Positions 1-7,509 of a stretch of 46,357 nt of DNA are shown piece by piece (the stretch's first letter is position 1; the number at the start of each line of letters is the position of its first letter). The stretch is from a virus. Lineage: Duplodnaviria > Caudoviricetes. The stretch is taken from positions 1 to 46,357 of IMG/VR virus record IMGVR_UViG_3300033067_001263; one strand, written 5' to 3'. A program made the position numbers and the translations under genes. The notes beneath the pieces are model-generated. The model worked only from the letters and a program-made list of their open reading frames with translations, did not search any database and was not told the origin of the DNA.

Positions 1-77
1 CTATAAAGCTCATTTGGCGTTTTCCAATTATCGGAATGTTTTAGACTTCTATTTTTCAATCAATCCCTCCTTCCACA
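1..77. repeat. Exact 77-nt overlap with 45780-45856 (left boundary of assembly bubble)
   Basis: Base-by-base identity CTATAAAGCT...TTCCACA, then the copies diverge (GTA vs AAA). Confidence 0.95.
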
Positions 78-489
78 GTAGATGCGCCAATTCTGCAGCT
101 GCGTTTGCTGCGGCTTGACCTTTCTTAAATAATATCCTGTCTATGATTTCATGAACATCGCCATCATCTAATACAATCGGCTCGGTTTGACAGTACCATT
201 TTTCTATGTGAACACCTTGTATGTTGTGCCATCTAAGTTTCAAATTTAGATCCGGCAAAACAGCCAGTATTTTGTCCAATCGATACGATAATATGATTTC
301 CTCTCTCAACTTATCATGCCAAGTATACTCAGCATCTACAAATACAAACTCAGTCCAATTACCAGCACCATCAGTATATTTATACTCTGACTTATAGTAA
401 GCATCAGCCTCAACCCCAGCCATCAAGCCCGTCTCGGCTAATAGCTTGCTTGCTTCTAGTGAGGTGCAGAGGTCTTCATTGGTTGTCAT
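49..489 (-). CDS. Hypothetical early protein, allele A of a hypervariable gene
   Basis: ORF 49..516. Likely start is ATG 489, after SD AAGGGAG and overlapping the stop of the upstream gene. Homologous to 45828..46292. Confidence 0.8.
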   Translation of the reverse strand: MTTNEDLCTSLEASKLLAETGLMAGVEADAYYKSEYKYTDGAGNWTEFVFVDAEYTWHDKLREEIILSYRLDKILAVLPDLNLKLRWHNIQGVHIEKWYCQTEPIVLDDGDVHEIIDRILFKKGQAAANAAAELAHLLWKEGLIEK

Positions 490-554
490 GAACACATCTC
501 CCTTGTATGTTCCCAATCCTCTGTTATAGTTCTATAGCCAATAAAACTCATATT
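478..554. repeat. Exact 77-nt overlap with 46281-46357 (right boundary of bubble)
   Basis: ATTGGTTGTC...CTCATATT is identical at both places. Confidence 0.95.
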
Positions 555-713
555 AAGTAATTGACCATAAGTTATCTCAGGAAACGAGCCGAGTACCCAG
601 TCTCCTTTAACCAACTCTCTACAAACATAGGGCTTAGAGGATTTACTAGGCTTCTTCATTCCAGTAATTTTAATTAGTTCGTTTTTGTCGCTCAAATAAA
701 AATACTCTTTCAT
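486..713 (-). CDS. Hypothetical protein
   Basis: 75-aa ORF in a tightly packed - strand operon; its stop overlaps the next start. Confidence 0.65.
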   Translation of the reverse strand: MKEYFYLSDKNELIKITGMKKPSKSSKPYVCRELVKGDWVLGSFPEITYGQLLNMSFIGYRTITEDWEHTREMCS

Positions 714-885
714 AACTATTCCAGCCCCTTTTCTTTGTTAGATTGATTTTTTAATGTCATTTTTTAATTTCTCCAAAGCCATGATTACTTCTTTTGTTTT
801 GTTCATGTGAGCATCTATGAGTATCATCGTGATCCTGTTAAGTAAATCGTATTCATTAAGTTTATAATTTTCACTCATAACCATC

Positions 886-1026
886 TATCTCCTCTTCTTG
901 TCCAGTCGCTTGATCTAATTTTCTTCTAATCAGATCTAGTATCTTTTCGCGGTCTTTGCCCGTCGCGTTGATGATAGTATCTTCGGGCGGGTCAAAGCCG
1001 TCTATAACTCTAGTATTTATGCTCAT
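886..1026 (-). CDS. Small hypothetical protein (46 aa, MSINTRVIDGF...)
   Basis: Hand-translated; ATG overlaps the stop of the methyltransferase (ATGA coupling). Confidence 0.5.
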
Positions 1027-1748
1027 CTTAGTTTACCGATCCTATACAATTTCTCCGTCTTAGTCTTACTCTGGGTTTGGTGCGCGTTGATCGTTATCTC
1101 CATTTCCCATAGTAACTCAAAATCATCAGGCGCATAATAATCACTAACATAAATTACCGCGCCTTTGTTTGCTGTCTCTCTGCACCATTTCCAGAACTCC
1201 CGATGATCGAATTTCCAGCGAGAGCCCCTGTATTCCAGTCCTTCGTAATATGGCGGGTCGCAATAGAATAAATTGCCTTGAATGAACATAGGGTGATCCC
1301 AGTATTTATAATTGTGAGTATAAAATCTAACATCTTGCAAGAATTCCATTTGTTTAAGCAAATTATTTTTAGCTTCTAGGCATCTGTTTCTATCGGGTTC
1401 GTTAGTGCCTGCATAGCCTGCAAACCAATCCCCGCTAAAACTGCAGTTATGCCCAATAAACCCGATAAAATGTTTTGCAAAATAATTATTTGCGCGGTTC
1501 GCTTTGATCCATTCGTATTGCTCTTTTGTGATAGTATCCGGTGGTATCCAGCCCTTTTTAAGCGCGTTCCACATTGCCATTAAATAAGGGTTTCCATCTG
1601 CAGCAATTCTATCTCGGTGTTTAATCTTGTCGATCATGTTACAACCTCCGCAAAATGGCTCAATGTAAGTTCGAGCCTTTGCTAGATCTTGCTCCATAAA
1701 TGGAATAAGATACTTCGCTAATTTAGATTTTGATCCTAAGTATTTCAT
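1023..1748 (-). CDS. DNA adenine methyltransferase, D12/Dam-like class
   Basis: N-terminal KYLGSK, SAM-binding YIEPFCGG and catalytic YCDPPY motifs. Confidence 0.9.
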   Translation of the reverse strand: MKYLGSKSKLAKYLIPFMEQDLAKARTYIEPFCGGCNMIDKIKHRDRIAADGNPYLMAMWNALKKGWIPPDTITKEQYEWIKANRANNYFAKHFIGFIGHNCSFSGDWFAGYAGTNEPDRNRCLEAKNNLLKQMEFLQDVRFYTHNYKYWDHPMFIQGNLFYCDPPYYEGLEYRGSRWKFDHREFWKWCRETANKGAVIYVSDYYAPDDFELLWEMEITINAHQTQSKTKTEKLYRIGKLR

Positions 1749-1890
1749 TCCTGCGCCATCTTTAAATAGTCTCTGATCATCTTCCTTAGATAACTTGCAA
1801 AGCTGCTTTTCTCTGTCAAGTTTCTAAGCTTATCGGTCTTCTGCTTCTTCAAAATCAGATACTAAGTTCACGATTTCGTCTGTATATTCG

Positions 1891-2214
1891 CTAAGCTTTA
1901 ACATGCCTCAAATAATCCTCCCTCGCATATTGTGCGCATTTCTGTTTCTGTGCGCTTTCAATTGTCTCGATTACTTCCTCTTTGACCATATTAAGGTATT
2001 TCTCTGCCGCTTCTGCTGCTGATAAATGCTCCTTGTGAGAGATGATACACGCTCCAGTTACAAAGATGCTATTAAGCGCTCGCATAACTAAGAGTGCTAG
2101 TACTGGGTCAAATTTCATATCATCATGTTGTTTTAAAAACTTCCCAACAATTTTATTTGCCCTTCTGCATTGTGCTTCTGATCTAGTTTCTTTTTTTATT
2201 TTTATTCCTAACAT
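1891..2214 (-). CDS. Hypothetical protein
   Basis: 107-aa ORF with SD GGGAG upstream. Confidence 0.6.
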   Translation of the reverse strand: MLGIKIKKETRSEAQCRRANKIVGKFLKQHDDMKFDPVLALLVMRALNSIFVTGACIISHKEHLSAAEAAEKYLNMVKEEVIETIESAQKQKCAQYAREDYLRHVKA

Positions 2215-2325
2215 TTTATTTTCTCCCTTTGATTGGCTTATCGTAGTAAGCCGCTATACTATTGACCGTTTGTTCTTGTACCCTCCGCGCTTGCTTGCGT
2301 TTTAGATACCGTTTGATTTGTGTTC

Positions 2326-2535
2326 TCATTCTATTTTTGCCTCCCTAAATTTATCGAAAATAAACCATTGATGACCCATCTTAACCGCTTCATAGCCCGG
2401 TGGTAACATCGCTTGTCTGCCCTTGGTGTCAATTGTCCCACGACATGCGGCTCTAATGTATTCTGCTGACCAATTGGTGATCTCCTGAAATTCCTTGACC
2501 GTCATTAGCTCTCGTCCTAGTCTATCTGTAATCAT
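2326..2535 (-). CDS. Small helix-turn-helix DNA-binding protein (excisionase/MerR-like)
   Basis: LMTVKEFQEITNWSAEYIRAACRG...AVKMGHQWFI fits a winged-HTH pattern; SD AGGAG. Confidence 0.6.
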   Translation of the reverse strand: MITDRLGRELMTVKEFQEITNWSAEYIRAACRGTIDTKGRQAMLPPGYEAVKMGHQWFIFDKFREAKIE

Positions 2536-2696
2536 TTAAAAATCTTCTCCTGTAATTTTATTAATTATCCAAGGTGCTGCTGCCATACATTGTTTTTGTA
2601 GGCTTAAGCTTACAATAAAAGTTAGCCCGTTATGATCTTCAAGTTTATTATTTTTGATTATATAAAAAAGATTTTCAAGTATTAAATAGTCCTGTC

Positions 2697-2945
2697 TCAT
2701 CTCTCCACCTCAAACCCAATATCCTGGATTTCTGCATCAGGTATAACCCCGCGTTCAGTTACCATCGTAATATTCTCTAGCGCTAATTCAATCCTAGCGC
2801 GCAGATCATCATCGCTTATATACTGGCTCAACTCAATGATAGTACCTACTTGCTCCCGTAGATACGTAAGCTTGCGCTTCTTTGTCGGCATTGCAATTGC
2901 GCCATTCATTGCTAATAAACTAAATATGATTGCCCAGATTTTCAT
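2697..2945 (-). CDS. Hypothetical protein (hydrophobic N-terminus, or internal start at MPTKK)
   Basis: ORF coupled to the upstream stop (TAATG). Confidence 0.55.
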   Translation of the reverse strand: MKIWAIIFSLLAMNGAIAMPTKKRKLTYLREQVGTIIELSQYISDDDLRARIELALENITMVTERGVIPDAEIQDIGFEVER

Positions 2946-3133
2946 TATGCTTGTTCTCCTATTTTATTTAGATGTCCTCTAATCTTCCCTGGATTTTTGC
3001 ATAAGTCGTCAAGTAAGATCAAAACGTTTGCTAAGTCATTGCCCGCGTTTAAATAGCGGTTGATGATCTTGGGAATATGCTCGATATCCGCTAATAATTC
3101 TCCGTATCTATTCAATAAAAAATCCTGGTTCAT
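2945..3133 (-). CDS. Hypothetical protein
   Basis: 62-aa ORF, translationally coupled on both sides. Confidence 0.6.
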   Translation of the reverse strand: MNQDFLLNRYGELLADIEHIPKIINRYLNAGNDLANVLILLDDLCKNPGKIRGHLNKIGEQA

Positions 3134-3642
3134 TATTTGCCCTCGCTTTTATATAAAACTACATGCGCTAAATTACAGTTATCGGTTCGATATGGGTCTT
3201 TAACTAAGATCCCGTCAATTCCTAAATGCTGCGCAATCTCACACCATCTAGCCGTATCCCTAAGATGTAAGTCCGCTTGAAAATTAAGCAATTGATCAAC
3301 TGGATTATTGTCTGAATGCTTATAAATCGACTCTGTCCATTTGCCCGCTGCCGTGTATTCGTCCTCGTCCCAGTTTGATAACGCGGTTTGATAAAGATCC
3401 ATGTCAATTGATGATAGTTCCGCGATCCAACTGGCGATATTCTCGCGCGTGAAAAAATTAGTATACTCATTACGCAAAATTCTATAATCGTCCGTATCAA
3501 TTTCAAATTTATTTATTCCGTAATGGCTTGCATCTTCTTCGCTATTGCTGAAATAAAAACCTAACCCGTAAGCAATCCGTGAATAGTCATAGTTTGGATT
3601 TGGTTCTAGTTTGTTGTGATTTGTAAAGTGATATAGTTTCAT
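3133..3642 (-). CDS. ADP-ribosyltransferase-fold protein (ART-PolyVal-like)
   Basis: LYHFT...YGLGFYFS...A.HYG...GIDGI...VVLY matches the strand order of H-Y-x ARTs. Confidence 0.6.
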   Translation of the reverse strand: MKLYHFTNHNKLEPNPNYDYSRIAYGLGFYFSNSEEDASHYGINKFEIDTDDYRILRNEYTNFFTRENIASWIAELSSIDMDLYQTALSNWDEDEYTAAGKWTESIYKHSDNNPVDQLLNFQADLHLRDTARWCEIAQHLGIDGILVKDPYRTDNCNLAHVVLYKSEGK

Positions 3643-3986
3643 TGTTGTTGCTCCTTATAGTCATCACTACTAAAAATCGGGATATTATACTCTTCATTGC
3701 TAATTCGCAAAAATTCTTCCGTGGTATATTCTGGGCGTGGAAAAAAAATACTCGGCTTTTCCCAATCAGTTATATATTTATCCCAGTGGATATGCTTTAT
3801 AACGTCCTCGTATTTGGCTTTTGAAAAATCGAGAACTGGAAGATTTGGATATTTGGTAATTGTCTCCACGCTATGCCCTTCGCGAGTGGCTCGATGTGAT
3901 CCAGTCTTATCATGATCGTGTTGAAAATGTACGGTGTATATCCCTGGACTATATGAGATTGTCGCAAATAGTGCTTTAGTTTCCAT
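3639..3986 (-). CDS. Hypothetical protein
   Basis: 115-aa ORF with SD AGGAG; coupled to the next gene. Confidence 0.65.
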   Translation of the reverse strand: METKALFATISYSPGIYTVHFQHDHDKTGSHRATREGHSVETITKYPNLPVLDFSKAKYEDVIKHIHWDKYITDWEKPSIFFPRPEYTTEEFLRISNEEYNIPIFSSDDYKEQQQ

Positions 3987-4000
3987 TATTCCTGCTCCTT

Positions 4001-4189
4001 TTAATCTAATCCTAAAATCTTTGCCATGCGCTCACCTTCTGCATAAGCTTCTCTTATGTTTTGTATTATTTTCTGTTCTTGGCGTATGTTTTCCTTGCGC
4101 ATCTCGCGCCTAATCCAAAAAGCAAACATAATCAAAATGATAGTTGCTATCCCTAAGAAAATTGATTGCTGCATCATCTGTTCTGGCAT
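4001..4189 (-). CDS. Small membrane protein with one TM segment
   Basis: Likely start MPEQMM after GGAGG; hydrophobic SIFLGIATIILIMFAFWI followed by a basic tail. Confidence 0.6.
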   Translation of the reverse strand: MPEQMMQQSIFLGIATIILIMFAFWIRREMRKENIRQEQKIIQNIREAYAEGERMAKILGLD

Positions 4190-4431
4190 TATTGCACCTC
4201 CGTTAGTTCTTTTATTTTCAGTTCTGTATCTGTCTTCCAAGTAATAGGGTGGCTAGGCTCTCCGTCTGCTGAACATCTAAACCATTCAGCATTAGACATA
4301 TCAGGCTTAACAAGTTCTTTGGTCTTAAACTGACCATTGCTTTTATAAAAGCCGTATATCAACCCCTGAGCTGTTTTAAATAAACGCCTTGCGCTATCCC
4401 AGTGTTCAATTTCTTTTAGTTCTATTTGCAT
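4189..4431 (-). CDS. Hypothetical protein
   Basis: Part of ORF 4189..4467; likely start MQIELKE. Confidence 0.55.
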   Translation of the reverse strand: MQIELKEIEHWDSARRLFKTAQGLIYGFYKSNGQFKTKELVKPDMSNAEWFRCSADGEPSHPITWKTDTELKIKELTEVQ

Positions 4432-4432
4432 C

Positions 4433-4759
4433 TTACCTGTCTCCTTCTGTTGCACCTGAAAAATCAAGCGCTTCTATTTTCTCTCCTGCTGCTATTAACT
4501 CTTTCTTTGCCGCTTCAATCTCTTCCGCGTAATACCACCGGCTGCCGATCTCTACTAACTCGGGATTAGTGTTAAGCCATGCATTCATCGCCTTGTCATA
4601 TCCGTCTGGATCAACTGCCGCAAAGATCGCGGCTTCTGAATAGCTCACGCCTCCGCAAATTTGTACCTTTCCGTAGCTTGTCAAAAGATGCTCATAGAAC
4701 AAATTTTCCTCGTCTACAAAATCACAATTGTCGGCCGCTAACTCGTCAATTAAACTCAT
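4433..4759 (-). CDS. Acidic hypothetical early protein
   Basis: Likely start MSLIDE after GGAGG; very D/E rich. Confidence 0.65.
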   Translation of the reverse strand: MSLIDELAADNCDFVDEENLFYEHLLTSYGKVQICGGVSYSEAAIFAAVDPDGYDKAMNAWLNTNPELVEIGSRWYYAEEIEAAKKELIAAGEKIEALDFSGATEGDR

Positions 4760-4893
4760 TAGATTAACCTCCAACTTCTTACACAAAATGCATAACCTTG
4801 CAATTCAATCTCTGCAATCTCACGCGCTTCTATACCCTTGTCCATGCACAACGCATAGATCGTCTCTTCAATTAGTTCTAATAAATTTCGCAT
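4759..4893 (-). CDS. First gene of early operon (44 aa, MRNLLELIEE...)
   Basis: Hand-translated; SD AAGGAG lies downstream of the promoter, and the stop overlaps the next ATG. Confidence 0.6.
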   Translation of the reverse strand: MRNLLELIEETIYALCMDKGIEAREIAEIELQGYAFCVRSWRLI

Positions 4894-4922
4894 AATTTCT
4901 CCTTTAAAGTTCACCTACTATA

Positions 4923-4951
4923 GTTATACCATAGTTTTATTGTCGTATCAA
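4923..4951 (-). promoter_or_regulatory. Sigma70-type early promoter
   Basis: TTGATA, 17-nt spacer, extended -10 TG-g-TATAAC, then SD AAGGAG and ATG 4893. Confidence 0.75.
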
Positions 4952-5059
4952 TATTAATATTGCAATCTTTATAATCTCTTTATAATTCATAGCTTTATTA
5001 ACTGCTTTTAATCCTCAGACCTGGTTTTAATCCCACTCAAAAATGATAGTATCTCATCA

Positions 5060-5900
5060 CTTTATTATCTTTAAAAGTGGTATTATTTTCGATATTACAT
5101 TGAATGAGATTTTCCGCACCAGGTCTAGGTTTTTCAGGGCTGGTCTGTCCACTATTTTATACCTTGCTGTAATTATCTTATCAAGTCGTCGTCTTTACAT
5201 AACCGCAGTGGCTCTCAAACCCAGTCAACGAGTGCGTCTCACCTTATTACCTTTTTTTGACCGTTTTTAGGCTCAGTCCTGAAAGCGAGTTCTTCCTTCA
5301 CTGAACAGTGTTCAATAAATTTTTTGAACAAAAGTAATTTTTGAGCTGGCCGCACCCTATTTGGTCGTCTAATTTCTATATTATTTAAAATAATAGTAGT
5401 AGTAGTAGGGCAATTTTTCGCCTGGTTGAGCCAATCTGCCTAATGTGTATGCACAGGACGACCTTATTATCTTTTGTCGTCAAAAGTCGAATTGTTGTTG
5501 TGCCACAAGGGCTCTATTCAAGATAAGATAGACGACTAAATGTTATCCAAAAAACTGAAGTGGTCGACCGGGGGTATGTAAGGATCGCGTAATTCCAGAC
5601 AGATAACACGAGTTTTCTTAGATAATATCGTATTCTAAAGAACAAGCCTAAGATAATTGGATCACCATTCAAGATAATTGGATCACCATTCACAATAATC
5701 TAGTCAAGTAACTTCCAAGGGTAAACCCTCGCACGTATATTGGTGTTCAGATAATAGATATGTAATTTCGCGCCTCGCAAACCCAGTCGCTGAGCGCGCT
5801 TCAGAGCCCTGTTTTTCTTTTGTTTTGAATATGTATATCGCTCGCGCGATGGCATGCCGACGCAATCCAGTCAGTGACTGGGTTTGAGCTTTTTTCTTTG
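5060..5900. other. Large non-coding region between divergent arms; candidate replication origin/packaging region
   Basis: No credible ORF. Oppositely oriented TTATCT/AGATAA hexamers, GTCGTC/GACGAC motifs, a 21-bp tandem repeat and a strand-composition switch. Confidence 0.55.
5650..5691 (+). repeat. Perfect 21-bp tandem duplication AAGATAATTGGATCACCATTC x2
   Basis: Direct reading: 5650-5670 and 5671-5691. Confidence 0.95.
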
Positions 5901-6020
5901 ATACACCCCCCCCGATGAAATCTCACATAAGAATTTTTCTTTTGTTTTGGGGTTATATACCACCCAAAAAAAATATATATGCCAAAAAAAGTAACCATAT
6001 TTTTATGGTATGATAAAGAA

Positions 6021-6815
6021 ATGAAATTTAAGGAGCTGGAGAGATTTGAGAAACTTGCGTTACGGAAGCAAAGTTTAAGCGGATATGATCGAATAACGCC
6101 TGATGAAGAAATCGAGTTGGAGGAATTGCGAGGAAAAATTTTTGAGAATGCTGGGGAAAGTAGTAGCAATGCGGGATTTGTAGTTGTGAGTAATTATAAG
6201 TGGATTTACAAGCCGTATTTGGAATTAATCGAAGCCGGTCAAATGGAGAAGGATACGGGATTGGAGGAGCAGATATATTGGGAAGCATTGAAGTTGATTG
6301 AGGAGCATGTAGGCGAGAATGGGTCCCGGAAATTAATAAACGAAGATTATTTTCGAGTGCTGAGTCATTTTTTGCAAGCGAATTTGATAAGCGGGATTTG
6401 GAAGAATGATAAGGAATGGTTGGCGGAGCCGATTACTGGCAAATGGGGAATTTTGCGGAAGCGATTGCGTGAGAAGGTATTGGAATTGAGTCGGGAGCGA
6501 ATTGGAGAGTCGCTGGGGGTATTGGGAACGAAGGTAGAAGATCGGATTGAGCCAATTTTTAATAAGGTGCTGAAGGTAATTAACAAGGAATTGGACTCAA
6601 ACCATTTGAGTAGCGAGGAAGCGATAAAGCTGTTTAATAAGCTGAGTGGATTGATGGCGGAGATAAAGGGCGAGAAGGTAAAAAATGATGGAGTGCAGGT
6701 AACGCATAACAATGTATTTGTAAAAATTTTGAATGAAAAGCGTCCAGAGGATCGCGAGAAGTTGCGCGGAGAGGCGATTGAATTGCTGGAGGGCGAGGGA
6801 TATATGCTTGGGTAG
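6021..6815 (+). CDS. Putative terminase small subunit / helical DNA-binding protein
   Basis: First gene of the + arm, upstream of TerL; helical and charged. Start placed at ATG 6021, 6 nt after extended -10 TGgTATGAT. Function from position only. Confidence 0.45.
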   Translation: MKFKELERFEKLALRKQSLSGYDRITPDEEIELEELRGKIFENAGESSSNAGFVVVSNYKWIYKPYLELIEAGQMEKDTGLEEQIYWEALKLIEEHVGENGSRKLINEDYFRVLSHFLQANLISGIWKNDKEWLAEPITGKWGILRKRLREKVLELSRERIGESLGVLGTKVEDRIEPIFNKVLKVINKELDSNHLSSEEAIKLFNKLSGLMAEIKGEKVKNDGVQVTHNNVFVKILNEKRPEDREKLRGEAIELLEGEGYMLG

Positions 6816-7089
6816 CGGAGAGCAAAACCAATGGAAGCATTTTAAGAGTCGCGTTAAAGAGCGATTGGGAATTGATAATTTGACCTTTGATGAATGTTTG
6901 CGAATAATCGCGGATATTCAATGCGGGAATGGGCAATTGATAAAAAAGTTATCAAGTTATCGAAGAGTATATCGAGTGAAGTTGCGTGACGTAATAGCAG
7001 ATGTAATCTACAATAACCGTTATAAGAATTTTGTAACAGTATTCCCCGCGCAGTGGAATAAGTTTGGAGGAATAGATAGAAGTGATTAG
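6808..7089 (+). CDS. Hypothetical basic protein, possible BECR/DUF4258-like fold
   Basis: TTG 6808 after GAGGGA; HFKSRVKER...FVTVF pattern. Confidence 0.5.
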   Translation: MGSGEQNQWKHFKSRVKERLGIDNLTFDECLRIIADIQCGNGQLIKKLSSYRRVYRVKLRDVIADVIYNNRYKNFVTVFPAQWNKFGGIDRSD

Positions 7090-7351
7090 AACAACGGACG
7101 CATTACTGCATTTTTTGAAGATGTATCCAAAGCATCGTTATGCAGATATAGAACGTCGTCGGGAACATGATTTGTATGTGGCAATTCAATGCTATTGGAA
7201 TTATGCAGATATCGAAGAATTTGAGGAAGTAAATCCGGAATTGGCGCAAGGAGAGGATTGGGAGTCCACAAAAGATTTGTGGTATGAATTTGATAAGCTG
7301 GGACCGGAGGCATTAGCGGAAGTCGCGATTGAGTTATTGGAGGGCTTATGA
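7082..7351 (+). CDS. Hypothetical protein
   Basis: 89-aa ORF, GTG start after GGAGG. Confidence 0.6.
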   Translation: MIRTTDALLHFLKMYPKHRYADIERRREHDLYVAIQCYWNYADIEEFEEVNPELAQGEDWESTKDLWYEFDKLGPEALAEVAIELLEGL

Positions 7352-7509
7352 GAGAAGTTGAATTTCAGATGCTGGTGGAGATATTTACGGTATGGGCGCG
7401 GGATAATGATGTAAAGGCAAGCGATGAAAAATGGAATGATCTAACCCGCAGGCTTAAAAATTACTATGACTATAGTGTGGAACAATTAGATGCAGCAAGT
7501 AATCACTAA
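7348..7509 (+). CDS. Small hypothetical protein (53 aa, MREVEFQ...)
   Basis: Hand-translated; SD GGAGG and ATGA coupling to the previous gene. Confidence 0.55.
   Translation: MREVEFQMLVEIFTVWARDNDVKASDEKWNDLTRRLKNYYDYSVEQLDAASNH

Noticed and set aside
1790-1820. Perfect TTGACA on the - strand upstream of the methyltransferase
   Set aside because: No acceptable -10 hexamer at 16-18 nt spacing.
2697-2945. Fifth signal-peptide protein (MKIWAIIFSLLAMNGAIA|M)
   Set aside because: The remainder looks cytoplasmic and begins with its own Met (MPTKKRK), so the start is ambiguous; not counted in the exported module.
5043-5270. 75-aa + strand ORF (and 5801..6169 -) in the control region
   Set aside because: No SD, atypical composition, and they overlap repeat motifs or a better gene; treated as non-coding.
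5650-5691. Mini CRISPR array
   Set aside because: Two abutting 21-bp units with no spacer and no cas genes.
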